The position numbers and the translations under genes are program-made. Positions 1 through 14,590 of a DNA stretch of 64,000 nucleotides are shown here, piece by piece. The notes beneath the pieces are model-generated. The model ran no database searches. It saw nothing but the letters and a program-made list of their open reading frames with translations, and was not told the origin of the DNA. Source of the stretch: the human T2T-CHM13v2.0 reference genome, Homo sapiens; assembly GCF_009914755.1 (NCBI RefSeq), contig NC_060933.1. The stretch is one strand, 5' to 3'. The number at the start of each line of letters is the position of its first letter. Position 1 is the first letter of the stretch.

Positions 1-1436
1 AAAAAGGCCAAAGGGCAAGCACCAACAAAGGATATAACTGTTCTATTAAACGAGAAACTGGCGAATAGATAAACTAGATAAACTTCTCCCTAAATAATCT
101 ATGCTTAGACTTCTTACAAAGCCTTCCTCAATCAAAACTGTAACCCTTAGTATTATCTGTAGGGCGTGGGTAATCTTTAGATTCTTTGTACTTTTCAATG
201 TTTTTTTTTCAATTTTTTCAAAAATGATAATGTACCATTTTAACAATAATGAAAAAAGTTAAGCATATATTTTGAGTAATTTAAGTCTATATTCATGAAG
301 GGAATATTCAAATATTAATTTAAGGAAACACCCTCTGATCATCCCTTTTTATCACACATAACTCAAAATAGTTATCTAAGAAATATGCAAGAACAGTATA
401 ATTTATTATTTTTGGCCCTCTCCACATGAAGAAGTCAGAATACATCACTACTCAATGTGTTTCTCATGTTATTTTAGACCTTTTAGAAGTCTTCCAACCT
501 TTCACTACTTTAAAAAAGTCAGTTCTTGAATGTGGTTTTTCTAATTTTATCTTTTCTATTTCCTGCATTGATAACATGCTTCAATAGGTCTACTATTATA
601 TTCCTGAACTGCTTGCAAACTTATTACTTTATGCATATTTACCATCTCAATCTGGTCCTTCATGCATCTACCTTTGCTAAAAACGAACAATGATTCATGC
701 CTTATTGAAGGAATCAGCCCTCATAGGAAGCTAAGAGATGGCGCTCTCACGAGTTCTCTAATACCAGCCGTGTTTCCCATCTTTGGCAGATGAGAAAAAT
801 GTAGCACATGAGGCCCATGTGAATGTGATATTTGCCAAGTGTCCCTTAGCTCTGTATGGAAAATGGGGAATGACAAGCTCATTCAAATAGATGGATTCAT
901 AACTGTTTGAACAGCTTCTCTCAAGAGGTACTTCCCTTTATCATGTGTTTTACATTTGTATCAGAAACTGGGATTAAAATAGAGAATGCAAGGTTAAAAA
1001 AAAAAAAACTCTGCAAAACAATGAAACTGGAAAAGATAGCAGTGAATGAACCATAATTTAAAAAGATAATGCTCTAAGTGGATGACTTATATTTAGTAAA
1101 CTAAAATTTAATTTTTATCCATAAACATTTAGGAATGCCATATTCCAGGCATGGTATCAGATGTTAAAGCACAAAAAATAATAGCATGCCTGCTCTCAAA
1201 GATGATACCTGAGTGAGAATAAATTATAAATTCCTGAATTTATAATTTATAAAATCTAACTGAATAAAAACAGGATAAAAGAGATGTGACTTAAAAACAT
1301 TGTAAAAAGTTGTGAATTATTTTAAATGAATTTGTGAACACAACAGAATATGAATCCTGATACAACTTAAGCTGTATTAAGAAAACTATAGCATCTAGAA
1401 TGAGGAAAATAGTAATCTTTCGTAAGTTTCTTTTAA

Positions 1437-1747
<311 letters not shown>

Positions 1748-1940
1748 TAATTAACTCTGACTTAAAAATATAATTATCTCTTAATCAGAGTACAAACTTC
1801 ATAAAGGCAGGATTGTATCGCAGCACCTAGTACAGTGTCTTGCAGGTAATGATCTTCAATACCACTGTGCTGGTTGATTAAATAAATAAACAAAGGAGCA
1901 AATGAAGGATAACATCATTCTCCTCTAGTCAGACCAGTCA

Positions 1941-2310
<370 letters not shown>

Positions 2311-2399
2311 ATTGGAAGAAAGCAGAGAAAAGAAAGGAATATGAAAGCTCCATTCACTAGAAAGATTTTGGTTCATCCTTCTAGACCACCTTCTCTGGA

Positions 2400-2572
2400 G
2401 CAAAATCCTATTCTCAAATGACTCAGAAAATACCTAATAATGTATATACATAGAATAATAAAACAAATATGGCAAAATGTTAAAACTGAATTAAGGGCAT
2501 TCAGAAGTTCTCTGTGTTATTCTTGCACTTTTTCTGTAAGTTTGGAATTATCATAAAATAAAAATGTTTTTT
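2400..2572 (+). mobile_element. Old L1M 3' end fragment
   Basis: ggcaaaatgttaa...ttcttgcacttttttctgtaagtttggaatt...aaaataaaaatg. Confidence 0.55.
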
Positions 2573-3148
2573 TAAAAGACTGCTTATTGGCATGATGATC
2601 CTGTAACAAAGGGCAGAGACAGCGATTAAATGTGAGTGGCCGCTGGATCTCAGGAACCTGTGGGCCAACCAATGCCAGTGGAGAATGCCAAGCCCTTGGG
2701 CCACAGGCACACCAACAGTCCAGAAATCCTTTGGTGGCAGAGGCAGCAAGGAGAGAGGCCAATGCAAAGACAACAGGATGGGGCCCTCTACCAGGCAGCA
2801 GTCCCCAGACAGGGGCCATCTGTACACCACCTCTTCCTGCACCCAACGCCATGTCAGAAGGAGGAGAGAGAGGGAAAACCTTTTAAGAAGGAAGATATAA
2901 GCCTGATACAGAGTTTAAGTTTTTACTTAACTGGGCATTTACCCCTCCCACATCTCCCAGAAAACCTGAGTCACTCCAAAACAGACTGCTGGAAATTTGA
3001 ACAGATGATGTAATTTTTAATTGACCACTTAATGTGCTTTTCTGTCCTCAATGGGGATGAAAGTTCCAGAGTAAAGGAGAACAGTTGAAAAGAATACAAG
3101 TACATTTTCATATAAAATACAAAGCATGATTCAGACCCTACTCATTAA

Positions 3149-3299
3149 GGGGCAGAGCAAGATGGCAGAATATAAGGCTCCACTGGTCATCGCCCCTGCA
3201 AGGAAACCAATTTAACAACTGTCTACAGAAAAAAAGCACTTTCGTAAGAACCAAAAATCAGGTGAGCACTCATAGTACCTGGCTTTAACTTCATGTCAA
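3149..3299 (+). mobile_element. L1 5' end only (L1M1/L1M2-type 5'UTR start) with TSD
   Basis: ggggcagagcaagatggcagaata...aagaaccaaaaatcaggtgagcactc (YY1-type L1 start); 17-bp direct repeats at 3133-3149 and 3300-3316. Confidence 0.75.
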
Positions 3300-3307
3300 A
3301 GACGCTA

Positions 3308-3634
<327 letters not shown>

Positions 3635-5673
3635 AAGAAAATGGAAGGTAGTGCTTACTATCTCTTTCAGCAAAAGAAACTACTCCAACAGCTGCTGTTT
3701 TCCTTGCCCATAGTCATAGCAAATTACTGACCAAGTTGGAAACTTAGAACCAGAGCCTGTATCTTTTCAAATTCTTTCCTTAGGCAAGCAAATCAGACTC
3801 CTTCACATTATTTAAAACAAACAACAATGGAATGTTGGATTGGCAAGAGATAGGCACAGCTCCTGTTTCATTTTGCTAGTTTTCTTTGCTGATTTTTTAA
3901 ATTAAAAACAAACAAAAATCCTTTCCCTATTGGAGGGTTCTCTTATTTCTGACTGAAAACTTCTTACCTAATCTATGAATTATCCTCTCTTACCACATGA
4001 CTGGAGCGTGATTTAGGAGAAGGCATGCTGGGACACATAGCAGACCACTGTGTTCCTGTCCTAGGTACGCCAGTCACTGGCGGGCAGTGTGGCTTTGCGC
4101 CACTTCCTCACCTCAGTGGGTCTCAGTGTCCCTATCTGCAAAAGCAAAGCAGCAATAACAACACCTGCCCTATGTCCCTCCCAGAGATACCACGAGGAAA
4201 GAACGTGCTCCATTTTGTAAAATCGCTTTTTAAACTGAAACATCACATAAATGCAAGGGAATGAAGTGGTGCTGATGTTATTAGAGGAGTTATAGAGGAG
4301 TATAGTGGTGCTGATGTTATTAGAGGAGTTATGGGAGCCAAGAACTTCCCATTAGACAGACCATTATATTCCTGCTATTCAGCAGTTCTGCTTAATGCTT
4401 CCTGCAGTCATGGGGCAGAGGCCACTGAGGCAGCATTTGCCATTTGCATTGCATCGCTCCACGTTGGAATGCAGATATTTTCAGATGTAGAGCAAATACA
4501 GGTTTTCAGTGGGACACTGAATGGGGGGGACATTGTCTTTTCTTTTAAAATATCACCACCTAAAACAAAGAGTAACAAAGTTTTTCTAAAGACAATTCTG
4601 ACAACAAGTTTTCCTTTTATTTGCCTCATGATCCATGGAGGAAGAAAAAAAATAAAGGCTTCCAAAAAGTCATTTTCTCAGGCTAGATAGTATGTTTCTT
4701 CTCTGGGTTCTCTGGTTGGAGTTTACAACTCATAGTATAATTATTGGTCTACTTTTCAATTACAGTGAGTAGCTTATGAGCTTCTTAAGAACAGGAACTA
4801 TCTGTTTCTTAATCCAGAGATGTTCAATGACTGCTTGATGAATGAATGACATTCTTCCTGATGCAATTAGCCCCTTGCATCAAATTCAGTCTTCCTACTT
4901 GGCATTTTATGTCACATATGTAGATCATGAAAAGTACCCATGAATATTTCATCACAGAAACCTTCATTCACAAACAAGCAGCTTTCAGTAGATATAAGGG
5001 CTCTCCCTACAAATATCTATTAGTAGGAAAAACAAACAAAACTGAAGAAGGAGCATATAAATATTCGAGTAATTAAACTCTAGAGTTTTTCTTTAGTTCT
5101 TCAATATGTGGCTGTTTCCATAGTTAATGTGCTGTATTTATTCAGCCTGTGGTATCAAGCAGGCATATGAAATGGTTTTGCTATACAGGGATGCTATTAC
5201 TTTAAAAAATAAAAACAAAAACACCTAAGCTAATATTAAGGAGGGGTGATGGCAAATAAACGCTATATATTGGGTCCTGGATTGCTGGAATGAAGGGCTC
5301 AAATTCTGTCACAACTACTAACTAAGAAAACAATGACTACAGCCCCAAACCACAAGAGAAATTCAAGTCTTGGTTTCATACTTTCCTGCTTTCTAAATTA
5401 CAGCCACCTATAATAACTCAAAATAAAATATTCTATAACCCATTAATCTAAAATGATCACCGAAGAAATCCATCCATACCACTTGGTCACTAAAGACTTT
5501 CCACATCTGTAGACTGACGAAACATCAAAAGAAAAGTAAACCATGCATGAAATTCACATCAAACTCATGTTCTGTTTGCTCTTCTGCAATTACCACCTAA
5601 ATTTCTCTGGCTAAGTCAGAGAACTTGGGTAGAATGGCACTGTTAAGTCATTTCTTACCCAAATAAATCACCA

Positions 5674-6007
<334 letters not shown>

Positions 6008-6063
6008 TTAATGTCTTGATGTTAGTCTGCAGAGGGGTATCTCATTAAGGTGAGGAGACTCAC

Positions 6064-6127
6064 CTTAACAAAAATTCAAATCTAACTCTTGGGGTTTTAG
6101 TTGAGGAGTTTAAGGTGTATGACTCAG
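6064..6127 (-). other. Candidate 64-nt internal exon (non-coding/5'UTR) of a minus-strand gene
   Basis: Minus strand: tctctgtccttctctctatttccag|CTGAGTC...TTGTTAAG|gtgagt; strong polypyrimidine tract and consensus donor. Confidence 0.6.
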
Positions 6128-6168
6128 CTGGAAATAGAGAGAAGGACAGAGACCAAAAATTTGGCAAG

Positions 6169-6660
6169 TGTGGTAGATTATAAACGGCCACAAATTCTTT
6201 GTCACCCTTCCTGTCAAGAAGTGAGGTCTATGGCCCCACTTCTTGAATCAAGGTGGTCTCTGTGACTACTTGACCAATACAACACTGTGTTAGTTTGGGG
6301 TCCAAATCTTAAAGACTAGCAGTTGCTACTTCTTGTCATTTGGAATACTAAAGCTCAGAACCACATTGCTATGCTGTGAGGAAGCTCAAGCAACAACATG
6401 GAGAAGAACAAAGCCCCTGACAACAGTTCTAGCTAAATTCCCAGCTGACAACCAATACTAACTGGCCAGCCAGGTAAGTGAGCCATCATAGCAATGGCTC
6501 CTCCAGCTCCAGCTGAGCCACCCCAGGTGATTCCAAGTGGGCAGAGATGAGTCATTTCCTCTGAGACCTGCATAAACTTCAGATTCATAAGCAAATAAAT
6601 GATTGTTATTGTTTTAAGTCTACTAAGCTCTGTGGTGATTTGTTACACAGCTATTGATAT
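6169..6660 (+). mobile_element. MaLR solo LTR (MLT1G/H-like)
   Basis: tgtggtagatt...ggccacaaattctttg start; gttgttttaag...ttgttacacagc type end. Confidence 0.8.
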
Positions 6661-6739
6661 GCAGCATAGGAAACATTAACAGAAGAATAACATTACTGCA
6701 TCATGAGAAACAAATGACCCATTTGCACTCTTGGCTGAC

Positions 6740-7100
6740 CAGACAAAACTAGAAATAGTGTCCAGTTTTGGTTGTAACCATCTAGAAACTATGACAGGTC
6801 AAATTCAAAGAGATCAGAATGGAGAGAAGCATGAAATATGTCACAGGAGAGAGAAGTGACATAACTGAGGATGTGTAGCTTGGATATACGAAGATCCACC
6901 AGGGACTGGTAGGGAGAATATTTTACATATTTGAAAGACTACTTTGTAAAAACACTAGAGTGGTTTTATCTTAAGATCAGTGGGTAGGAGGCTGTAGAGA
7001 GGTAAAGTTCATCTTCGATAAGGAAGACTTCATTCTAAGGAAGAACATTCTAACAGTCATTCAGAAAGGAAATGGACAAATGGCCTTTAGAATCAAGATG
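6740..7100 (+). mobile_element. Ancient CR1/L3-like fragment
   Basis: tgtccagttttgg...actgaggatgtgtagcttgg...atatttgaaagact motifs. Confidence 0.4.
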
Positions 7101-8189
7101 TGCTATAATATCTCTCCTGAAAAGTTACTCCCTACCCTCAATTTTCAAATTTGCAAGAATTCCAACTCATTACAGGAGACAAGTCCTGTGTACAACTCTG
7201 AACATGGCGGCCCTATAGGGAATTGCTGATGTTGGTGAACAGCATTCTGGACCTAAAATTCAAGAAACCCTTGATTTTTCCATTAGCATTCCTCTTCTAG
7301 GGTGCATGTTTTCCACGTTCCTTAACTGGCCTGCCACTGAAGCATAATCTGCCCATAAGTGCAATCCTGTCCTTTCTAAAGTGAACCAAAGACATAAATG
7401 TATATGTGCTGTTAACAGGTGGAAAGCAAGTACAAAATGTTAGGAAGACCTCTGGGCATGAGGCAAAAAAAAACTATGCATTTTCCTGTTTCATAATAGC
7501 ATGATATTTAGGAGTGCACTGTGGCTTTAGGAGAAAAAAGAAGAAGAAAAAGGAAAAAAAAAAAACGAGGGGGCTCCCCCAACCAACCTATGACTAAGGG
7601 ACATAATCCAGCAGCTTCAAGGAGCACAGAGTTGCCAACTTTTAGCATGATGGAGTTACAATCAGGATTCTGAGTGACCCTAGGCAACTGAGTTAGTCTT
7701 TGTGCACCTCGTTTTCCTCATTTGGAAAATGGGAGCATTAAGGTCAATCAACATGGTTGCTGTTGAAGATTTTTTTTAAAAGCCAAAAACAGATTTACCA
7801 TAGATACTGGGCCTGGCACATAAGACATTTTAAAAATAATCTAGGTTGTTTCTTCTCCAGTAAAATGGGAAATTGATGACAGAACATTCTAACATAGCCA
7901 ATTTCCCTTCCTCTTCCACTAAGACTATGAGCTCCTCCAAAGCAGAACCATTTCTCACTTACTGACCTAAACTCAGCACTTACTATAGCACTGACCACAT
8001 GCTTGCTGAACCAGTTAACTCATTTCCAACATCTCTTTCCAGCTTAAGCATTCTAGGGATCTGTACCTTCAGATCTGGGGCAGAATTAGTTGCAGGTATT
8101 TATATGTCCTATATGTTTGGCCACAAAGTACTTACACTTCTACAGGTGAAAAATTACCACAATTTTAATGAAATTAGGTAATCAGTTTT

Positions 8190-8345
8190 TTAATGCCCTC
8201 TTCATCTGCTAAAAATATCTGCTCCATGAGGGAAGATACAATATTTTGTTCAGCATCATATCCCCAGAGCCTGGCAAGAGCTTCGTAACAGATGTAAACA
8301 TTTTTGAATGAATGAATGAATGAATGAATGAATGAAATGAATGAA
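8190..8345 (+). mobile_element. L2 3' end with (GAAT)n tail
   Basis: ccccagagcctggca...ttttgaatgaatgaatgaat. Confidence 0.7.
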
Positions 8346-9389
8346 CGAATATAAGATCTTTGCAAGTTTAAGTAAGGCAGAATTTCCTAATTTTAGCAAT
8401 CCTTCCTAATTAAATTCAAAGTTGCTGCATTTAGGTATGACAAAATGTTTAAAAATAAAAACAGCAGATGTTTGATCTCTGGGTGGTAGAGAAAATTTCT
8501 TTTTTTAAATCCTTGATTTATTTTACCCTGCAGGAAGTCAACCAAAATACTGGCACCCAAAAAGCTCCTATAATATGTCAGCCTAAGTCAAACATATTCT
8601 GCATCTACAACGATGACTGTTACCAGTTGGTGTTTAAAAGTATTTTGACTACTGATCTCTGAACATATCAACTTTTAAAAATCATTTCAGCTAATGTAAT
8701 TTTAAGATAAAGGAACAAAATCAGTAGCCAAATTATATGAATCTGTTCAATAATATGACTTTTATTCAACAAAGACAAATCAGGAACATATGGGGGTTAT
8801 GGTGAGAATCAAAAATTAACTTATCTTTAGAGAATGCTCAAAACTCACTCACTAATTCAGCAAGGATACAATTCTAACGTCCAGGAAATTCCAAAGGGGG
8901 AAAATGGGACACGATGACTAAGGACAGATGTTTAGACTCCAGGGTCTGCGTCACACACACAAAAAAAATACCCAGCATTGATTCTGATGCACAATTTTAA
9001 AAGGTGGCCATACAAAGGTCACTTTTTGGTAGCTCACATTTACTGTAATCTGCTACAAAGAGACCACTAAAGCCAGCACAGCAAGGTCAGAGGTGAGAGT
9101 CTAGGACAATCAACACATGCTATTTCTGAGGACAAGCCACTTTACTAATCTCTAAGGTTCTAATTACCCTAACAAAACAAAACAAAATGCTATAATGAAA
9201 CCAGCAGAGGACATAAGACAAACAGTAAATACAAAGTGAACCAGCATCATCCTGCCATTGTTCTGCAGCAGGAGTCTCAGCCGCCCAGACGCACACCTTG
9301 CAGCAGCAATAAACCAGCCATGGCATCCCGGGAAGACCAGATCCTCCTCCGCAGCAAGTCACACTATTTTCTTCAATTTCAGCACTCAC

Positions 9390-9476
9390 CTTAGGAAGTT
9401 TTAAAAAGGTTGGGGGGAGGGTCAGAGGGGAAGCCAAGCAGGCTTGACATGAAGCTCTTAATGAAGACAATGTCAT
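9390..9476 (-). other. Candidate 87-nt exon, begins with ATG (uORF-like MTLSSLRASCQACLASPLTLPPTFLKLPK)
   Basis: Minus strand: cagtttttgttag|ATGACATTG...CTTCCTAAG|gtgagt; unique non-repeat sequence. Confidence 0.65.
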
Positions 9477-9901
9477 CTAACAAAAACTGCAGGTTCCAGT
9501 GAAATTTAACTGGAGTTTAAAAAATTTACATAGCCTTCCTTAAATTAAACCCTCATAGATTTAAAGAGAACATTTGAATCATAAACCCAGGAACTGCTAA
9601 ATAAATATGACATACTCACAGATTTAGAGCAGCTGTAACTTTGGAGGAATGAATATAGTCCCACTATGAAGATGTCTTTCCCTCTCTTCTACCAGATTTT
9701 TTTTTAAGCCAACTAAAAGAAGAGACAAACCTCAATTTTAGAGCCAACAAAAATCCTCAATTTCTATTTTATTCCTTGGTCTCCAGTGAGACTCTCAATT
9801 CTCAGGCACAAGCAAAGTAGTTGCCGAGGCAGCTGACAGCATCCCAGGGCTTTCCAGGGCAGAATTTAAGACATGTCAGTTAAAGTGGCAGCTACACTCA
9901 C

Positions 9902-9998
9902 TGCTGTAGCGGATGCTTCTGCAGGAAGGGATGCCGGGAGATTTTTTTTCCCCCAATCTCTGCTGCAGCCTAATTCTAATCCATCACTGTTTAATTAT
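9902..9998 (-). other. Candidate 97-nt non-coding exon
   Basis: Minus strand: tgttccttgcctgtttctctag|ATAATTAAAC...CTACAGCA|gtgagt; 425 bp upstream of the 9390-9476 exon. Confidence 0.5.
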
Positions 9999-10617
9999 CT
10001 AGAGAAACAGGCAAGGAACATACAAATGGCCTGGATTTATAAAAACCACAGAATATTTTCATGATTTTTCACCTAATCCAGGGATTCATGTCCTATCTAA
10101 AAAGGGACAATTAAGAAAAAAAAAAAAGAATGATCCCTTTTGTCTTAAGGAAAAATGTAGGCTGTTATTGCCGACTGAGACGCAGATTTTATATCATGGA
10201 CTTTAAAAAAATACTAAATAAGAGAAAATCAACTTTTCCCCTAAGTTTTTAGATTAATGCACAAAAGTTAAATTAGCAAAGGGAATTAAACACATATATG
10301 ACATGACAGTCATACCAAGATAGTTGGAAAACTCCACTTTTAAATTGATAATTGATCAACAATATTTGAAGTGGTTTTGATGAAACTAGAAGATAGTAGG
10401 CATAGGAAATACTAGTTCAAAGACCCTAAGATAGAACATAGTTCTAAAGTTCAGCTATACTTTTTTGGTTTAAATAGATAAAAGCTCTCCTGGGGAATAA
10501 GGTGGTCGTTGACTTCACAAATTTCTTATCTTGCCTCAAGGGCTCTTGCACATGCTAGAATTGAAACGTTTTTAGTATAGGACTCACTAATTTTTCTAAT
10601 TATAAAAGTAATACCAG

Positions 10618-10993
<376 letters not shown>

Positions 10994-11002
10994 TTAAAGA
11001 CA

Positions 11003-11271
11003 GCCTGTAATCCCAGCACTCTGGGAGGCCAAGGTGGGTGGATCACCTGAGGTTGGGAACTCGAGACCAGCCTGACCAACATGGAGAAACCCCGTCTCCT
11101 CTAAAAATATAAAATTAGCCAGGCGTGGTGGCGCATGCCTGTAATCCCAGCTACTAGGGAGGCTGAGGCAGGAGAATCACTTGAACTGGGTAGGTGCAGG
11201 TTGCGGTGAGCTGAGTAGCGCCATTGCACTCCAGCCTGGGCAACAAGAGCAAAACTCCATCTCAAAAAAAA
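11003..11271 (+). mobile_element. AluSp, 5'-truncated
   Basis: Starts at gcctgtaatccc; TSD aaaattaaag(a/c)cagcc. Confidence 0.92.
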
Positions 11272-11353
11272 TTAAAGCCAGCCATAATCTCATAACCCAG
11301 AGATAACCACTCTTAATGTTTTGCAATAATATACTTCTAGTTTTCTTCCTCTC

Positions 11354-11396
11354 TATATATATACGCGCATACACACACACACACACACACACATAC

Positions 11397-11441
<45 letters not shown>
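11354..11441. repeat. Compound (TA)/(CA)/(TA) microsatellite
   Basis: Uninterrupted purine-pyrimidine alternation. Confidence 0.95.
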
Positions 11442-11443
<2 letters not shown>

Positions 11444-12068
11444 ATATATGGAGGGGACAAGACAGCTAAATGTATTTTTGATACTACTATTTTAAATTAC
11501 CCTTTTCACACAGAATTGTTATGATTATTTACCCAAAAATGTACCCTATAGTTAACCACTCATATTTCTAAAAGTTCAAAAGAGCATATGCAATGACAGT
11601 CCATTTGTATCTGTATGCCTACTATGCACCAGGCACAGGGGATATAGCAGGGAGCAGAGCCCACAAGGTCCCTGCTCCCCTGGAGCTCTCAGTCCAGTTG
11701 GGGAGCCAGATATTCACCAAACGACAGCAAATATCATGTGCGCTGTACTACAAAAGAAAACTATAGATTCTTTAGAAACATGAAAAGACCTGGTGTTGTG
11801 AAGTTCAGGCTTTTTCAAGGAAGGAAAAGAGAACTGCAAGCCCAAATGCAAAATTATTAGTAAAGTACATTTCACACCTTCATTTTTCCATCAATATAAA
11901 TATCTCTCATCTAATTTTTCTTTTTTCCTTTCAAAATTAATTAAGTCCAGCTTCCAACTACATTTTTGTGGATAATATGTAACATGTAAGAGAATAATTG
12001 ATGTAATGTGTACAGATCTTAAGTATTTAATCAATTACAACATATCCTTTAAGAAATTACAAAAGGTG

Positions 12069-12362
<294 letters not shown>

Positions 12363-12578
12363 GATATTAGGTGAAACCTAAGGAAATCTGAACAAAGTAT
12401 GGACTTTAGTTAGTGATGTGTATCCAAAATGGTTCATAAACTGTAACAAATGTACGATACTAATGTAAGATACTAATCGTAGGGGGAACTAGGTATAAGG
12501 GTCTGTGGGAACTCTACTACATTTTCTAGTTTTCTGTAAATCTAAAATTGTTCTTACAAAACTGTCTATTAAAAAATC
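12363..12578 (+). mobile_element. L1MC/MD 3' end fragment
   Basis: aaggaaatctgaacaaagtatggactttagtt...tgtaacaaatgtac...tctgtaaatctaaaattg. Confidence 0.75.
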
Positions 12579-12814
12579 ATCTTTCCAAGAGTTTCTTAGC
12601 TTTTTCTGATCACTAATAAAATACATTCCATAAAAATTCTGACAATGCAAAACAGTTATATAAAAGGAACTTTTCGAAAATTATAAATACCCTGTAATCT
12701 CAACACACTGAAATAATCCCAAACATACCATATGTATGTCCTTGCACAGGCTTCATGCATACATACACAGATAAACATATGTGTATCGTTCCACCCCACA
12801 TGCTATTTGATAGG

Positions 12815-13305
12815 TGTGGTAGTCTGAATAATGGCACCCAAGGTTATCCAGGCCTTAATACCTATGAATGGTACCTTATATGACAAAAGAGACTTTATAG
12901 ATATTAGGGATCCTGAACAGAGTCATTATTGTGGGTTATTTGAGTGGGCCCTAAAGGCAATCACAAATTTCCTTACAAGAGGGAGGTAGAGAGACACAAA
13001 AAAACAGAAGGTGGTGGGACCATGGAAGGAGAGTGATTTGAAGATGCTATGCTGCTGGCTTTGAAGATGCAGGATGTGGCCAAGAGCCAAAGAATGCAAG
13101 GAATGTAGCTCTAGATACTGGAAAAGGCAAGGAAATGGATTCTCCTCTAGAGCCTCTCAAGGGAGCACGGCCATGGGACACCTTGGTTTTGACCTAGTGA
13201 AACCCACTTCAGACATCTGACCTCCAGAACTGTAAGAAAATAAATCTGTATTATGTGAAAACACCAAGTTTTAATCTGTTATAGCAGCCATAGGAAATTA
13301 ATGTA
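12815..13305 (+). mobile_element. MaLR solo LTR (MLT1D/C-like)
   Basis: tgtggtagtctgaataatggc...gcctctcaagggagcacggcc...gcagccataggaaattaat. Confidence 0.85.
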
Positions 13306-14527
13306 GCAGCCTGACGGACCTGTATTTCTTCTTTTAATTGTCTGCTTATGTCCCTTTGCCAATATTATCATCAAAGTATTCTCTTTCTGGGTCTGTTTGC
13401 AGTGTTAACCTTCTTTCATATATGTTCAAGTATTTTCTCTTTGAAATGGGCTTGTAAGGGTTTTGTCATAACAATCAAAACTATCACTCTTTTTTCCTAT
13501 TGGTGCCATGTTTGAAACAGACTTCTCTACCCAAAAAAAGATAGAATTATATGCCTTAATTTGCTCTTAATATTTAAACAATAACATCTCCAACTATTGT
13601 CCTTTATTACTAAGAACCATACAAAGCAACACATCCCTGCACATGTGAACCTCTCCCCTTTGCACCCTGGCCCCTGGCTCAGTGTCAACATTGAGACTTG
13701 ACTGGAGAAAAAATGTGGACTCGAGACTTCCTGGACACTCCCATTCCATACCCACATCCCCTTTGTCAAGTCTGTCCCCTTAAAATAGCTTAATGCTTGA
13801 TGTAAAGGATGTGTTCAATAAAGGCTTGTTAAACCTGGGGTGTCTATAAATTCATAAAACCAGCATTAAAAAAAAAAAGAACCATGCAATGAAGGCATCC
13901 TCTCCTTCCTTTTCCCTGTTTTGATGGAGTAGGTCTCAGAACTGGGAAATGACCAGGGATAATTTTATTTCTTAGATATTTGTTAGATTTTTTTTAATGT
14001 GTTCTTTTTTTAAATCTTTAAAAAGTGTTTTTATAGTTTAAGGTAGCCATTGTGAGACTGTATGAAACAGCTATATGAAAATGTCTTACATCATGAAAGA
14101 AATAATGCTTTTACAAAAACAGCAGTGCTCTTCAATATATTATATGTATATACTATGTTACGTTTGCTTTACGCTTTGCAGTTTTACAAAATGCTTTCAA
14201 ATAAATTATTTTGTAGGTTAAATACATATTACCAAATAATTTTTACTTCTATGGGATTGTCTGAAAAGGTATCCTTATACAAGTTTAGTAACTAAGTTCT
14301 GCTGAAAATACAGGACCCATCTACTGTACCGAGACAAAGAGAATGTATCGTTTAAAATACACTTTTTAAATACCAATCACAGGCTTAATTTTCTTACAGT
14401 GATTACATAAAATTATTTTAATCAAAGCAAACTACACATTATGGGTATAACTTCTTTCAAATTAAGCTGAAATTTTTAAATGGCAAAGAATCCCTTAAGC
14501 CAATGGGAGATCTGACACACATAACTT

Positions 14528-14529
<2 letters not shown>

Positions 14530-14570
<41 letters not shown>

Positions 14571-14590
14571 ACACTTTTTTTTTTTTTTTG
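14530..14590. repeat. (CA)n microsatellite followed by poly-T
   Basis: Direct observation. Confidence 0.95.

Noticed and set aside
731-748. CTCF/YY1-like motif aagagatggcgctc (also ccaccaggtgg near 58763)
   Set aside because: Partial motif matches only; cannot be supported without ChIP data
9240-9360. GC-richer stretch with ATGs and a weak AAG|gtgtgc donor downstream of the 9390 exon
   Set aside because: Could be an alternative first exon, but the donor is weak and the ORFs are unrecognisable
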